In this document: in pieces, positions 1-9,382 of the stretch | Layout of the letters: every line of letters begins with the position of its first letter | How positions within the stretch are numbered: position 1 is the stretch's first letter | Sequence record: PZ445450.1 | Strand: one strand, 5' to 3' | Source of the DNA: a phage | DNA: 64,000 nt | The notes under the pieces: model-generated | What the model saw: only the letters and a program-made list of their open reading frames with translations | The model's database searches: none | What the model was told of the DNA's origin: nothing | Program-made: the position numbers and the translations under genes

Positions 1-2206
1 CGATCTTCCGCTGTGGAAATATGTGGATCGTGTGTTCGAGGACGTTATCATCCAGGAGTTGCTCTGGAAAGAGTTGGTAGCGGAATCAAAAGGTGTATTC
101 TACGGCAAATCTGACATGCAGAACTTTATGTATGACCCTGCCAAAGAGAAGCCTAAAGGATTCAAGAAGATTACCTGGAAGAATGCATTACGCCGAGGCA
201 TGCTGCAGCATTTCCTGATGGAGTTGCAGGCTCGACAGGGTGTGTATTTCGACATAGATGGGGCTATTGCTTTACGTGACCGCTGCGATGCGTGGATGAA
301 AGAGATCGCTGATCGTGTTGAACCACAACTTCCTTTAAAAGAGTTATCAATGTCTCAGCGGCCTAAGTTCCCTGAAAAGCCGTTTAACCAGGATGGGACA
401 ATCTCCAATAATGGTTGGAAATGGTTAAAAGACAAGCTTGGCTACCCTGTGGACATGAGTGCTTTAGAATTCAAAGCTCCTCCTAAGCGAGCATTTACCT
501 CCACAGGAGATGTCAGTAAGATGGGGATAAAATGGTGTGAAGAGATGGGCTGTAAAGACCCTGATAAGATGGCGGATTTCTTGAGGGGCTATATCAAGGG
601 CACCTCCACACCACAACCTTTACCTAAAGAGCTAATGGATCAGGCAATAAGCGATCTACAGCAGAAGCGAATGCCTGACTGCAAGATACCTATGAAAATC
701 AGCAATCAGGACGATATTAAGCGATACCTGATCAGTGCTGGTTGGCTTCCGACAATGTGGAGAACTAAGGATGTAACTAAAGACAGCAAGAAGAAAGCTC
801 TACCTGATGCAGATGTTGATGCACGAGTGTATGCATATATGGACGAGCTTTTAGAGTCAGAGTATTGTGACCTAATTATCAACTTCTGGAACAAAACTGA
901 TGCTAAGTTCCAGACAACCGTGCACAAGTTCCGAAGCTTTCCTAACTCCGAAAGGATTAAAAAGGAAGTATTCGGGAAAATACGTAGAAAAGCTAGGGCA
1001 CTTATTACTTCTCCGCAACTGAAAGATACGTTTGGACACCTATGCCCGAATCTTGAAAAATTGAACGGAGAGATGGCTAAAGATATCGTCTTGTGGTTAT
1101 CATTGCGAAACCGCAGATCGGTCCTTGATCCAATCAAGGAGGATAAGGTTGATACTGGTCTTCTTAATCACCCACGTTTGAAGATTGACCATAAGCTTCC
1201 TGCTAAAAGTTCTGGATTAACAAACACTTCCCGACAGAAACACAGTATTTGTGCAAACATGCCTAAACCATCTCCTAAAGTGGTTATGGGTAAAGAGATG
1301 CGTAGTCTGTGGGGTGTTCCTCCAGGATACTTTGAGATCGGTATTGACGGGTCCAACTTAGAGCAGCTTATCGGGGCTTGGGGTGCCTTTGAGTTCGACA
1401 ACGGCTTGTACTATGATGTTGTAAGTAACGGAGACGCACACCAAAACAATGCTGAGGCATATACAAAAGTAGCAGGCAAAGAGGTGTCTCGTAACGACGG
1501 TAAACCTATCACGTATGGGGTTATGTACGGGGCACAAAAAGATAAAGTTGCAGATATGCTGGATATCTCCCCAGAGTTGGGGCAAAGGGTGATCGATGCA
1601 CTTTGGGATGCCAACCCCGGTCTTAAGGGGCGCAAAGAGGATCTGGAGAAATTCTGGGAAGCAACAGGTAAGAAGTTTATCTACTCTTTTGATGGTCATG
1701 CTATCTGGACCCGATCTAAACACTCTTTACTTAATGCATACCAACAAAATGGTGGTGCATCGCTGTGTGACTTAGTTGGGATACTCATGCACCACCAAAT
1801 GGTGAAGCGTGGGTGGTACGATGAAGGTGTCCGTCGTATTATTTATTACCATGATGAGTACCAACTTCAGGTCCCTGACACACCTAAGTATAAGACTGTG
1901 TACACCTTCGACACAATTGAAGAATTGGAAGCATTTAAGGCAGAGCAGGAGGCCAAACTTCATGTGTTCGACGGTCATAAGTACAAAAAGGCACGCAAGG
2001 ATGAAAACGGAAACGAAGTGGTTGACAGAGACGGAAACACGGTGTACGATCCTATCCTGAACGATGACGGAAAGCTTGAACTTATCTGGAGCCCTGTGGG
2101 TGAAATGGTGGTGCATTGCTTCTGGCAAGCTTCTAAAATGATGGGCGTTCCATTCCAGATCACAGGTGAATACTTGTGCGGTCGTAACTGGGGTGATTGT
2201 CACTAA
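1..2206 (+). CDS. DNA polymerase, family A (Pol I-like), C-terminal part; 5' end lies outside the window
   Basis: ORF open from window start in frame 2. Motif A-like DGSNLEQL, motif B K...YGVMYG, motif C YYHDEYQ. Confidence 0.9.
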   Translation, partial: DLPLWKYVDRVFEDVIIQELLWKELVAESKGVFYGKSDMQNFMYDPAKEKPKGFKKITWKNALRRGMLQHFLMELQARQGVYFDIDGAIALRDRCDAWMKEIADRVEPQLPLKELSMSQRPKFPEKPFNQDGTISNNGWKWLKDKLGYPVDMSALEFKAPPKRAFTSTGDVSKMGIKWCEEMGCKDPDKMADFLRGYIKGTSTPQPLPKELMDQAISDLQQKRMPDCKIPMKISNQDDIKRYLISAGWLPTMWRTKDVTKDSKKKALPDADVDARVYAYMDELLESEYCDLIINFWNKTDAKFQTTVHKFRSFPNSERIKKEVFGKIRRKARALITSPQLKDTFGHLCPNLEKLNGEMAKDIVLWLSLRNRRSVLDPIKEDKVDTGLLNHPRLKIDHKLPAKSSGLTNTSRQKHSICANMPKPSPKVVMGKEMRSLWGVPPGYFEIGIDGSNLEQLIGAWGAFEFDNGLYYDVVSNGDAHQNNAEAYTKVAGKEVSRNDGKPITYGVMYGAQKDKVADMLDISPELGQRVIDALWDANPGLKGRKEDLEKFWEATGKKFIYSFDGHAIWTRSKHSLLNAYQQNGGASLCDLVGILMHHQMVKRGWYDEGVRRIIYYHDEYQLQVPDTPKYKTVYTFDTIEELEAFKAEQEAKLHVFDGHKYKKARKDENGNEVVDRDGNTVYDPILNDDGKLELIWSPVGEMVVHCFWQASKMMGVPFQITGEYLCGRNWGDCH

Positions 2207-2255
2207 TGTAAACTATCAGCACAGGGAGGTGCTGTTGAGCAAAGAGGAGACTTTT

Positions 2256-2540
2256 ATGGTAGTAGAGCCAACAAAAACATTTACATCCATGACCATTCCT
2301 GTTATTATGCAGGTGGAGTGTGTTCAGGTATCTCAAGTGTGGCCTGGCACCAAAATCCCAACAGGGCCTGATTTCTTTCAGGTTGGGAAAGTGTACAATG
2401 TCTGGAAGGCACCAGATTGTTACCCTTTCATTAAAGATGACCGTGGGATGCTGTGGTATCTTGGAAATGACTTGACACTGCACCTTGGGAATGCTATTAT
2501 TGCAGTATTCAGACTTAACAAGAAGGAGACCGATCAATGA
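2256..2540 (+). CDS. hypothetical protein
   Basis: ATG preceded by agaggag RBS; track ORF 2166..2540 trimmed to the RBS-supported internal start. Confidence 0.5.
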   Translation: MVVEPTKTFTSMTIPVIMQVECVQVSQVWPGTKIPTGPDFFQVGKVYNVWKAPDCYPFIKDDRGMLWYLGNDLTLHLGNAIIAVFRLNKKETDQ

Positions 2541-2764
2541 CGACTTTGGTTAAAGCTACCTTTGTAGAAGAAAAGATGACAGACCTGTCATTCTTTAAAG
2601 AAGGAAAGACCTACGAGGTTTATTACGATAAAGCTCGTGCAAACAAAATGATTAAAGACGAGGAAGGGGTTGCCTGGTATATCTCTCACCTGGCAAACGG
2701 TGAGTATCATATCTACGGAACCACTTTGCTTGCCAAGTTTGTAGTTGTTGAAGAGGACCTATGA
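2537..2764 (+). CDS. hypothetical protein
   Basis: ATGA stop/start overlap with upstream gene; aaggagacc RBS. Confidence 0.5.
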   Translation: MTTLVKATFVEEKMTDLSFFKEGKTYEVYYDKARANKMIKDEEGVAWYISHLANGEYHIYGTTLLAKFVVVEEDL

Positions 2765-2955
2765 AAGTAAAGTATCTTGCTGAAGGTATGAATAGGTATT
2801 TTACCCTTGGTGAAGAATATTGGCCCTTTACAAACAACGGTGATGTCTACGTGAAAGATAATTTCGGCACGCCGTGGTTTCTGCACTCTAATGGGCTGGG
2901 ATACTCCATTTACTGCGGTGCAGTGAACAACACAACTCTTGCAGAGTTCGTTTAG
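2761..2955 (+). CDS. hypothetical protein
   Basis: Start overlaps upstream stop (ATGA); operon context. Confidence 0.45.
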   Translation: MKVKYLAEGMNRYFTLGEEYWPFTNNGDVYVKDNFGTPWFLHSNGLGYSIYCGAVNNTTLAEFV

Positions 2956-2965
2956 AGGAGGTAGG

Positions 2966-3337
2966 ATGTTAGTAAAAGGTACCCACACAGTCAAACAACG
3001 TATTGAAGTTGAGATTGATGATTGTGAGCTGAAGCATATTTTACGGTCATGCTCCAACGTTTTGCTCCTTAGTATTCTCCAGGAGCGAGCGGAGAACGAG
3101 TTCTTAAATGCACTGGCAGGCCGCCCTGGTGATTTCTGTGTGCGTAAGCGTGGTGACAACAAGTCATGGCTGTGGGAGATAGACGCAGAATGGGATTACC
3201 ATAAAAATGAGGGTATAGATGAACCTATTCGTGAATTGACGGACAACGAGGTTCAGATGTACAATGAAGTTTGTCAGTGGGCAAAAAGTCAACAAACTTA
3301 TCTTGATCCTTGGTGGATGATCGAAAATAGTCGTTGA
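2966..3337 (+). CDS. hypothetical protein
   Basis: gaggagg RBS before internal ATG of track ORF 2939..3337. Confidence 0.5.
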   Translation: MLVKGTHTVKQRIEVEIDDCELKHILRSCSNVLLLSILQERAENEFLNALAGRPGDFCVRKRGDNKSWLWEIDAEWDYHKNEGIDEPIRELTDNEVQMYNEVCQWAKSQQTYLDPWWMIENSR

Positions 3338-3362
3338 CAGGAAGTAAGATTAGATATAAGAT
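3334..3362 (+). promoter_or_regulatory. sigma70-like promoter (TTGACA-N17-TAAGAT)
   Basis: -35 TTGACA at 3334-3339, -10 TAAGAT at 3357-3362; upstream of gene 3414. Confidence 0.5.
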
Positions 3363-3413
3363 GCTTCACACAAACAGAGCGTTGATTGTTTAACACTTAA
3401 GGAGACCGCTAAG

Positions 3414-3668
3414 ATGAAAATTACTCTGAAGCCAGAATGCGTTGAAAATGACCGAGCTTTTAAAGATTGCACAATCGGTGCAATTTATGAAGCAGAGTTT
3501 TGTGAGAACCCTTTGGTAAAAGCCCTTCTGGAAGAAGGAGCTCCTCTATCACAGGAAGAGCTTGATGAGTTGGAAAACTCAGCACAGTGCCTTACCTTTA
3601 AAGATGATGAAGGAGACTCTGTCTGGTGCACTGTTAATGAAGTAGTTTTTGTAAAACCTGAACATTAA
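3414..3668 (+). CDS. hypothetical protein, paralogue of 3732..4004
   Basis: RBS taaggagacc; shares KP(E/D)..E.D.AF(K/R)DCT and KDD(E/Q)GD motifs with the next gene. Confidence 0.55.
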   Translation: MKITLKPECVENDRAFKDCTIGAIYEAEFCENPLVKALLEEGAPLSQEELDELENSAQCLTFKDDEGDSVWCTVNEVVFVKPEH

Positions 3669-3671
3669 TGC

Positions 3672-3700
3672 TTGACAACAGTCATAGGGCTTACTATAAT
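3672..3700 (+). promoter_or_regulatory. consensus sigma70 promoter (TTGACA-N17-TATAAT)
   Basis: -35 TTGACA 3672-3677, 17-nt spacer, -10 TATAAT 3695-3700. Confidence 0.6.
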
Positions 3701-3731
3701 GGCCCTATCAAAACGAAAGGGGACCACAGCA

Positions 3732-4004
3732 ATGACCAAACAATATCAACGAATTAAAGCCAAGGTTAAGCCAGACTATCTGGAGAAGGACTCTGCTTTT
3801 CGGGACTGCACAGCTGACAAAGTTTACACAGGGGCCGTCCTGTTGAACGATGAACTTGAAGTAGATATTCTGGGTAAAGAGGCCACTATTAAGGACGACC
3901 AAGGCGATTATGTTTGCTGCACCACACGTGAGCTAGAAATCTTAGAATACTTCGGTGAAATCTTCACCTCTCTTGATGATTACTTAGATGATGAGGAAGC
4001 GTGA
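3732..4004 (+). CDS. hypothetical protein, paralogue of 3414..3668
   Basis: aaagggga RBS before internal ATG; the longer track ORF start lies inside the promoter. Confidence 0.55.
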   Translation: MTKQYQRIKAKVKPDYLEKDSAFRDCTADKVYTGAVLLNDELEVDILGKEATIKDDQGDYVCCTTRELEILEYFGEIFTSLDDYLDDEEA

Positions 4005-4393
4005 TGAAAAATATTTGGGATATCGATATCTTTGAAGCCTCTAAGCTTGATGGTGCTGATGGAGTGATTATGGTGTCTGATGGCAAGGCAACACTAACTT
4101 CCGGAGATATCATCTATGCCTTGGACGAGCTGGCGCTTCTGAAATCTACCGGTAACACTTTAGAGGAGCGTCTTCAAGGCTTCGCCTTCAAAGAAGGCAC
4201 AAATACCGCCATGATGTGCACCACACGGACAGTTCAAGTTGGTAACGGTGTCTATATGATCATTGCTGTGTGTCCTAAATTCAGCAACGTCAACAAAGAT
4301 GATGCTGACGCTGTCAACGATGTGGTTGTTCTCTTCGTGGGTGACGCTATGGCAGATCTGATGAATGCAGGAGAAGCAGCAAATGAAGACTGA
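4001..4393 (+). CDS. hypothetical protein
   Basis: ATGA overlap with upstream stop; 130-aa ORF. Confidence 0.5.
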   Translation: MMKNIWDIDIFEASKLDGADGVIMVSDGKATLTSGDIIYALDELALLKSTGNTLEERLQGFAFKEGTNTAMMCTTRTVQVGNGVYMIIAVCPKFSNVNKDDADAVNDVVVLFVGDAMADLMNAGEAANED

Positions 4394-4685
4394 AAACATC
4401 ACCCCCGCAGGGTTCTTAAAAGTATACCGTGAACTGCTATATACTACAGAGGACAGTGTTCTAGAGTATCCAGAATATCTTTTGCTGTATAAGTATCTGC
4501 AGGAGGCTGGTGAAAATCTGCCAGTTAGTGCAGAAGGTGGTCCGAACTGGATATACAGCGCATGGAGAAAGGTTGACATTCTCCCCGACCCAGGTAAAGA
4601 TATGGTAGTTTGGCAGCTTATTAACAACATCGGGATTCCAATCTTTGATGAAGCTGTTAAAATCTATTTTGAACTTGACGATTAA
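4383..4685 (+). CDS. hypothetical protein
   Basis: caggagaag RBS lies between first and second ATG, so the second ATG is taken as start. Confidence 0.5.
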   Translation: MKTENITPAGFLKVYRELLYTTEDSVLEYPEYLLLYKYLQEAGENLPVSAEGGPNWIYSAWRKVDILPDPGKDMVVWQLINNIGIPIFDEAVKIYFELDD

Positions 4686-4702
4686 TATCAGGAGACCTTA
4701 AG

Positions 4703-4948
4703 ATGACTGAAGTAGTTGCTCGCGCAGGACAGAAAGTACGTTGTGTTGAAGTAGGTTTTGGTGGCAAAGGGTGTCAAAACTTGACTCAAGGTAAGGAATA
4801 CGCTGTTATTTCTGGTGGTGGCGACGAAAGTATTGTGTTCGAGGGCCACATCCTGGATGCTGAAAACTTTGAAATCTTTGACGACGATGGGGATCCGATC
4901 ACCTGCCTGCTGGACGGGAATTGGGGAACTTTCGAAGTGATTGGCTAA
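4703..4948 (+). CDS. hypothetical protein
   Basis: caggagacc RBS; Gly-rich acidic 81-aa ORF. Confidence 0.5.
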   Translation: MTEVVARAGQKVRCVEVGFGGKGCQNLTQGKEYAVISGGGDESIVFEGHILDAENFEIFDDDGDPITCLLDGNWGTFEVIG

Positions 4949-5031
4949 CAAATACCTATTGTAATTTACAGAAGGAGATGCTAAAATAGTGTCTCCTTCT
5001 ATGTTGTTCAAATAAAATCGGAGATTCCATA

Positions 5032-5397
5032 ATGGAACAAATGAACGATCAAGCGTCGGTTGCGATGAACGAGCAAGAACAACCTCAAGAATTTTTCTTA
5101 GGGTTAAGTAAAGATCAAGTGTCTCTTTTGCTAGTGCTTTCTTCTTTCATGGGAAGACTTCAGGAGCTCACACAACAACCGGAGGCTGAACAATTATTTC
5201 AGGCTCTGCGTGAAGAAGAAAAATATCGTCGTTTGGACTATGCCTTAGGTTGGGTAGCTCAACAACGAGATATGCTGATGGCCCTCTCTGGGACCACAAG
5301 TTTTGCAATGGGCCTGTTGGCTCAAGTTCAGGACAAATTAATTCAAGCAGGGTTTGCACACACGGCAAACACTAACGAAGAACAAGGAGACAAATAA
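5032..5397 (+). CDS. hypothetical Gln/Glu-rich protein
   Basis: RBS ggaga; 121-aa ORF. Confidence 0.5.
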   Translation: MEQMNDQASVAMNEQEQPQEFFLGLSKDQVSLLLVLSSFMGRLQELTQQPEAEQLFQALREEEKYRRLDYALGWVAQQRDMLMALSGTTSFAMGLLAQVQDKLIQAGFAHTANTNEEQGDK

Positions 5398-6626
5398 TGA
5401 GCGTTATTCAACAATTCGCTAACCCGATGAATCCGCGTGAAACTGTTTTACTGGCTCACGGCATGATTAAACGCGTCAGCATCAAGCCTATCAAAGGTGC
5501 TGATCCTACAACAGGTATTAAAACCACTGTGTGGCAAGGTAAGAAAATTGAGTCCAGCCACACCATCTCTTTACTGATTTCTGAACTGGATTCCTCTGAT
5601 AACCTGCTTCAAGGTGGTGAAGAAGTCTGGATCAGCATGGGTGATAAACTGCTTAAACCGGGTCATCAAGACTCTGTCTCTGTTAAGATTGATGACAAGT
5701 GGGAAACCGTAACGCCAGGATGGATCGTAAATATCCCTTTGAAGGCAAACGAGCATAACGGTAAGACCTACTACAAAGGCTCACTGGCTAAGATGGTTAA
5801 GCTGGGCGCAGGAGAGGCTCCAGCAGCGACTCAGCAGCAAAAACAGCAACAAGGTGCACAATCACAAGGCCAGAAGCAGAAACCTCAGCAGAATGCCAAT
5901 CAGGACGTTTTACGCATCTATGGTGATGTGACTCAGATTGTTGGCAACGTGGTTACTGTAAATGACCACAAGATTGGCGAAGGTGCTATGGTTGTAACTG
6001 ATGAGCAGCTTAAAGACCTGGTGGTAGGCGGTCGTGTTGCAGCCATTGTGGACAAAGACACCGGAAACATTATCAGTGGTTTCAAAGCCTACCCACCTAA
6101 GGCAGAGAACGGCACTCAAGGCCCTGGTGGCAAGCGTAAATCCTCTTACGACCCTATTGGTGTGGAGACGGGGCATAGCATCAATGCGTTGCAGATCATC
6201 CTGGATCGTGGGTTTAAGGTAGACGACCCACTAGGCGTGGCTAAAACACTGCACGTAGTCACCATCGAGCTTAAGAAAGAGTATGCTCAAGCCACCAACC
6301 GAACTGAAGATGAAGTAGGTGCCAGTGTCGGTAATGCGGTGTTGAACGCTTGTCGCCGTATTGACAAGAAAACGAAAGTTGATGATTTTGCAGCGGCAAT
6401 TACTGCAGAAGCAAAAGATGTTTTGACTAATCTGGCTGAGCCGTTGTACGATTGGATCAAGAACGGTGCTGAGTCCACTGACCATCAAGAACCTCAAGCT
6501 GCCAAACAGGAAGAAGCCGCTCCACAGCAAAACACTGTAGACGCCCCTCCTGTAAATGATGAGGAAGATGACCCGATGGATCAGAATCCAGCACAGTACG
6601 CCTTTGATGATGACATCCCTTTTTAA
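5397..6626 (+). CDS. ssDNA-binding-like protein with bacterial SSB-type C-terminal acidic tip
   Basis: Ends AFDDDIPF, as E. coli SSB ends DFDDDIPF; Gln-rich linker QQQKQQQGAQSQGQKQKPQQ; RBS aaggagac; start overlaps upstream stop. Confidence 0.6.
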   Translation: MSVIQQFANPMNPRETVLLAHGMIKRVSIKPIKGADPTTGIKTTVWQGKKIESSHTISLLISELDSSDNLLQGGEEVWISMGDKLLKPGHQDSVSVKIDDKWETVTPGWIVNIPLKANEHNGKTYYKGSLAKMVKLGAGEAPAATQQQKQQQGAQSQGQKQKPQQNANQDVLRIYGDVTQIVGNVVTVNDHKIGEGAMVVTDEQLKDLVVGGRVAAIVDKDTGNIISGFKAYPPKAENGTQGPGGKRKSSYDPIGVETGHSINALQIILDRGFKVDDPLGVAKTLHVVTIELKKEYAQATNRTEDEVGASVGNAVLNACRRIDKKTKVDDFAAAITAEAKDVLTNLAEPLYDWIKNGAESTDHQEPQAAKQEEAAPQQNTVDAPPVNDEEDDPMDQNPAQYAFDDDIPF

Positions 6627-6642
6627 CATCTAGTCAACATGG

Positions 6643-6669
6643 CCCTGCCCGAAAGGGTGGGGCATTTTT
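6643..6669 (+). terminator. rho-independent terminator
   Basis: ccctgccc-GAAA-gggtgggg hairpin followed by cattttt. Confidence 0.55.
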
Positions 6670-6688
6670 GTATAAGGAGATCTGAAAA

Positions 6689-7105
6689 ATGACATTAGAA
6701 GATATCATTGTTAAGCCTGAGAACTATGACCAATACAACCTGTCAACTCAATCTGTAGACCTTGGATGCGCCACGGTCAGTGCGTGGCTGGTTAACGGAA
6801 AAGAGTTGGATAAATGCTTGGAAGCCCACATGTCTGTTAACAAGTTCCTGGATGAAAACACTCACTGGCTTGAGGGTGCAGGCGTATATGCTTCATGGTT
6901 GGAGAGTATGGGATTCGACTACCAATCTGAAGAGGGGTGGTGGAGCTATTTAGCTATCTGCCCAGAGACGCTACAATGCTTCATGAAATATTCTGAAGAT
7001 TTGGAGTACCGTGCGGTGGTTGATAGTGCTATTGCCCGTTATAGCCGTAAACCTTTTTCCCACGACATTAAAACTGTGGAAGAATTTGTTGAAGTTTTCT
7101 GTTGA
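6689..7105 (+). CDS. hypothetical protein
   Basis: aaggaga RBS; 138-aa ORF. Confidence 0.5.
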   Translation: MTLEDIIVKPENYDQYNLSTQSVDLGCATVSAWLVNGKELDKCLEAHMSVNKFLDENTHWLEGAGVYASWLESMGFDYQSEEGWWSYLAICPETLQCFMKYSEDLEYRAVVDSAIARYSRKPFSHDIKTVEEFVEVFC

Positions 7106-7130
7106 CACGGATTGAAAGGTGTGCAATTAT
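7102..7130 (+). promoter_or_regulatory. sigma70-like promoter
   Basis: -35 TTGACA 7102-7107, about 17-nt spacer, A/T-rich -10. Confidence 0.4.
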
Positions 7131-7201
7131 AACTTCATAGAACGGGAGGACGTGATGAACGAAGAAAACTGGGATGTATAACTAACAGGAGGCCACTGCC
7201 C

Positions 7202-7399
7202 ATGATTTATCGAATCCGTGTAAGAGAAGATGCACCAGGCTGTTACTTTGACTGGCGTGGGTGGTGGTTTCTCCACCCGATGGATGGACTCACAGATAGA
7301 ATGCTGGATGCTGCCCTTTATACAGATACCGATATAGAATATAATCTCTATCTGAAGGACGGTATAGATAACGGTCTATTTGAAGCAATTCCTGTGTAA
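7202..7399 (+). CDS. hypothetical protein
   Basis: aggagg RBS; 65-aa ORF. Confidence 0.45.
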   Translation: MIYRIRVREDAPGCYFDWRGWWFLHPMDGLTDRMLDAALYTDTDIEYNLYLKDGIDNGLFEAIPV

Positions 7400-7467
7400 G
7401 AGACTGTGATAGCCATGTTTTATGATCTTCCTGTAGCACCACCACCTGTTGAACCCGGAGAACTAAG

Positions 7468-7893
7468 ATGATCTATGAAATGCCAAAACTGATTCGTGAC
7501 GATGCCCAAAACGCTCACACCATTATTATGGGCAAACGCATGGATATTATTTGTCATAAAGATTTCTGGGAAGGAAGTTACTTCACAGAGTATTTTGGTA
7601 AACTGGACAATGGTCTGCTGATCCAGTTCTACACCGATGCGGAAAACAACATTCACTGGGAGTTCGAAACTGAAGATATCCATAAACTTTTCACCTTCCT
7701 CGGTATTAAGGTTGAGGCCAAGTTTGAAGAAGGTGAGTGCGACGATTGTGGATTCTATGAGGTAACAGATTTCTACCTTCCAAGTGGTAAAAATCTCTAC
7801 TACGAAAGCCACTTCGGCAACTCAAATATGCCACAGGGTTGGGATGAGTTTTTGGAAATTGCAGAAGAGGAGCTGGAATACCGTGATTATTGA
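7468..7893 (+). CDS. hypothetical acidic protein
   Basis: ggaga RBS; 141-aa ORF. Confidence 0.5.
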   Translation: MIYEMPKLIRDDAQNAHTIIMGKRMDIICHKDFWEGSYFTEYFGKLDNGLLIQFYTDAENNIHWEFETEDIHKLFTFLGIKVEAKFEEGECDDCGFYEVTDFYLPSGKNLYYESHFGNSNMPQGWDEFLEIAEEELEYRDY

Positions 7894-8341
7894 TACTGTA
7901 AAGGGAGATCTAATCTCCATTTTCAAGAAAGGGTCAGGCCACATGATCCACGGTTGTAACTGCTTTCACACAATGGGTGCAGGTATAGCGAAAGATATTG
8001 CCCGTGAGTTCCCTCAAGCACTGGCAGCCGACAAAGAGACTGCTTATGGTAATCTAGACAAGCTGGGTATGTTTTCTTGTTGGGAGCATTTTGCCAAGGC
8101 CAGGGTCGTATATGGAATCAACCTGTATACCCAGTTCTACCCAGGGCCCAATGCTGAATACTTCTCAATCATGAAAGGTTTTGAGCGAGTCAACGAGGTA
8201 TTCAAAGGTATGTCATTGCCGTTCTACATTCCTAAAATCGGATGCGGTATTGGAGGTCTAAAGTGGGAACATGTAGAAGATGTAATTAATCTTGCAACCA
8301 CAGATATTGATGTGGTTGTAGTAGAGTACAAAAAGTGTTGA
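7883..8341 (+). CDS. macro domain protein, TARG1/OARD1-like (ADP-ribose hydrolase/deacylase family)
   Basis: VKGDLISIF...HGCNCFHTMGAGIA...PKIGCGIGGLKWEHV resembles the TARG1/OARD1 signature. GTG at 7883 chosen as start; the longer track ORF from 7784 lies inside the upstream gene. Confidence 0.7.
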   Translation: MIIDTVKGDLISIFKKGSGHMIHGCNCFHTMGAGIAKDIAREFPQALAADKETAYGNLDKLGMFSCWEHFAKARVVYGINLYTQFYPGPNAEYFSIMKGFERVNEVFKGMSLPFYIPKIGCGIGGLKWEHVEDVINLATTDIDVVVVEYKKC

Positions 8342-8366
8342 CGACCATCTTCTGAGGTGATATAGT
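8338..8366 (+). promoter_or_regulatory. sigma70-like promoter (TTGACG-N17-TATAGT)
   Basis: -35 8338-8343, -10 8361-8366. Confidence 0.45.
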
Positions 8367-8395
8367 TTCCACAACAACTAAGAGAGGAGAGCACT

Positions 8396-8566
8396 GTGGA
8401 GACTAAAATCTTAATTCTTGCTGTGGTAGATACAACCGAAGGAGCTATATTCGAATCTGCAGGAGGGTATTTCTACCTACCATACGGAAAAAGAACTTCC
8501 GAGCCAAGTAAAGATTCAATCCTCAAAGTGTTCCCGTGTGCTTTCTGGCTGGAGATTTTGGTATAA
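8396..8566 (+). CDS. small hypothetical protein (56 aa, GTG start)
   Basis: agagaggagag RBS 6 nt upstream of GTG; below the ORF-track size cut-off. Confidence 0.35.
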   Translation: METKILILAVVDTTEGAIFESAGGYFYLPYGKRTSEPSKDSILKVFPCAFWLEILV

Positions 8567-8592
8567 GATTGCAGATGATTTGGGAGAGAATT

Positions 8593-8787
8593 ATGAGAAA
8601 CAAGAAAGAACTTTACTCTGGTGAGTGGATCAACGATCAACAGGTGGGAGAGGTAACCTGCTTCCGATGTTTTACCAGGTACAATCTTAAAACTGCACCA
8701 AAAAGTGTTCCAAAGACTGATGGTTATTATATAAAAGAACCCCATTGCCCAAAATGTAAATGCCGATTGTACTGGAGCAATCTGTAA
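8593..8787 (+). CDS. zinc-ribbon protein (CxxC...CxxC)
   Basis: CFRCF...CPKCKC; ggagag RBS before internal ATG of track ORF 8536..8787. Confidence 0.45.
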   Translation: MRNKKELYSGEWINDQQVGEVTCFRCFTRYNLKTAPKSVPKTDGYYIKEPHCPKCKCRLYWSNL

Positions 8788-8791
8788 GAGG

Positions 8792-8819
8792 TTGACATCT
8801 GAAAACTGCAGTGTATAAT
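8792..8819 (+). promoter_or_regulatory. consensus sigma70 promoter (TTGACA-N16-TATAAT)
   Basis: -35 8792-8797, -10 8814-8819. Confidence 0.6.
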
Positions 8820-8850
8820 ATACGCATAAACTAACAGAGAGCGATGTATT

Positions 8851-9042
8851 ATGGTAATTTTTAACCGAGATGGTATCATAGTTAGACAGCACCCGTTCCT
8901 TGAATACTATCAAATTGAGCAATGGTGCTACGGGGATTGCAGTCACTCCTATGGGCAAAGTTGGGGATACCGTACAGTTTTTGAATCCACAGACCTTGAC
9001 AAAGTAAGACAGAAAGTTTTAGAACTTATTAACAACAAGTGA
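8851..9042 (+). CDS. hypothetical protein
   Basis: Downstream of consensus promoter; 63-aa ORF. Confidence 0.45.
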   Translation: MVIFNRDGIIVRQHPFLEYYQIEQWCYGDCSHSYGQSWGYRTVFESTDLDKVRQKVLELINNK

Positions 9043-9049
9043 GTATGAT

Positions 9050-9382
9050 ATGGTAACATTGGAAAGACGTAAAGCTATCGCCGCCACACTGGCAGACATC
9101 TTTTGGGATTGCAACTTAAAAGATACCAGAAATTGTGGCGCATCTGTAGATGTATTATTCTCACGGCCCACCATTGTTGCAATGGGAAACCTGTTAAACG
9201 TAGTGTACGGAGCATGGGATAAAGAGGGTGGATTTTACATCTGGCAACCTGACTACGGGACCTGGAAAGAGGTAAGGGGTGCGGATGACTTTGGGCCTGC
9301 AGCTGCTAAGATGGATGGCTGGCAAATTTATGTTGGAAACGACATGAAGCTGAAAGGCGAGATTGTTTACTGGTTACCTTAA
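9050..9382 (+). CDS. hypothetical protein
   Basis: 110-aa ORF in operon context. Confidence 0.45.
   Translation: MVTLERRKAIAATLADIFWDCNLKDTRNCGASVDVLFSRPTIVAMGNLLNVVYGAWDKEGGFYIWQPDYGTWKEVRGADDFGPAAAKMDGWQIYVGNDMKLKGEIVYWLP

Noticed and set aside
706-2203. Antisense and alternative-frame track ORFs inside the DNA polymerase gene (706..1137, 1168..1401, 1358..1723, 1411..1635, 1772..2203, 1809..2060, 1975..2163)
   Set aside because: They are fully embedded in a long ORF with clear family A polymerase motifs and have no RBS or operon logic.
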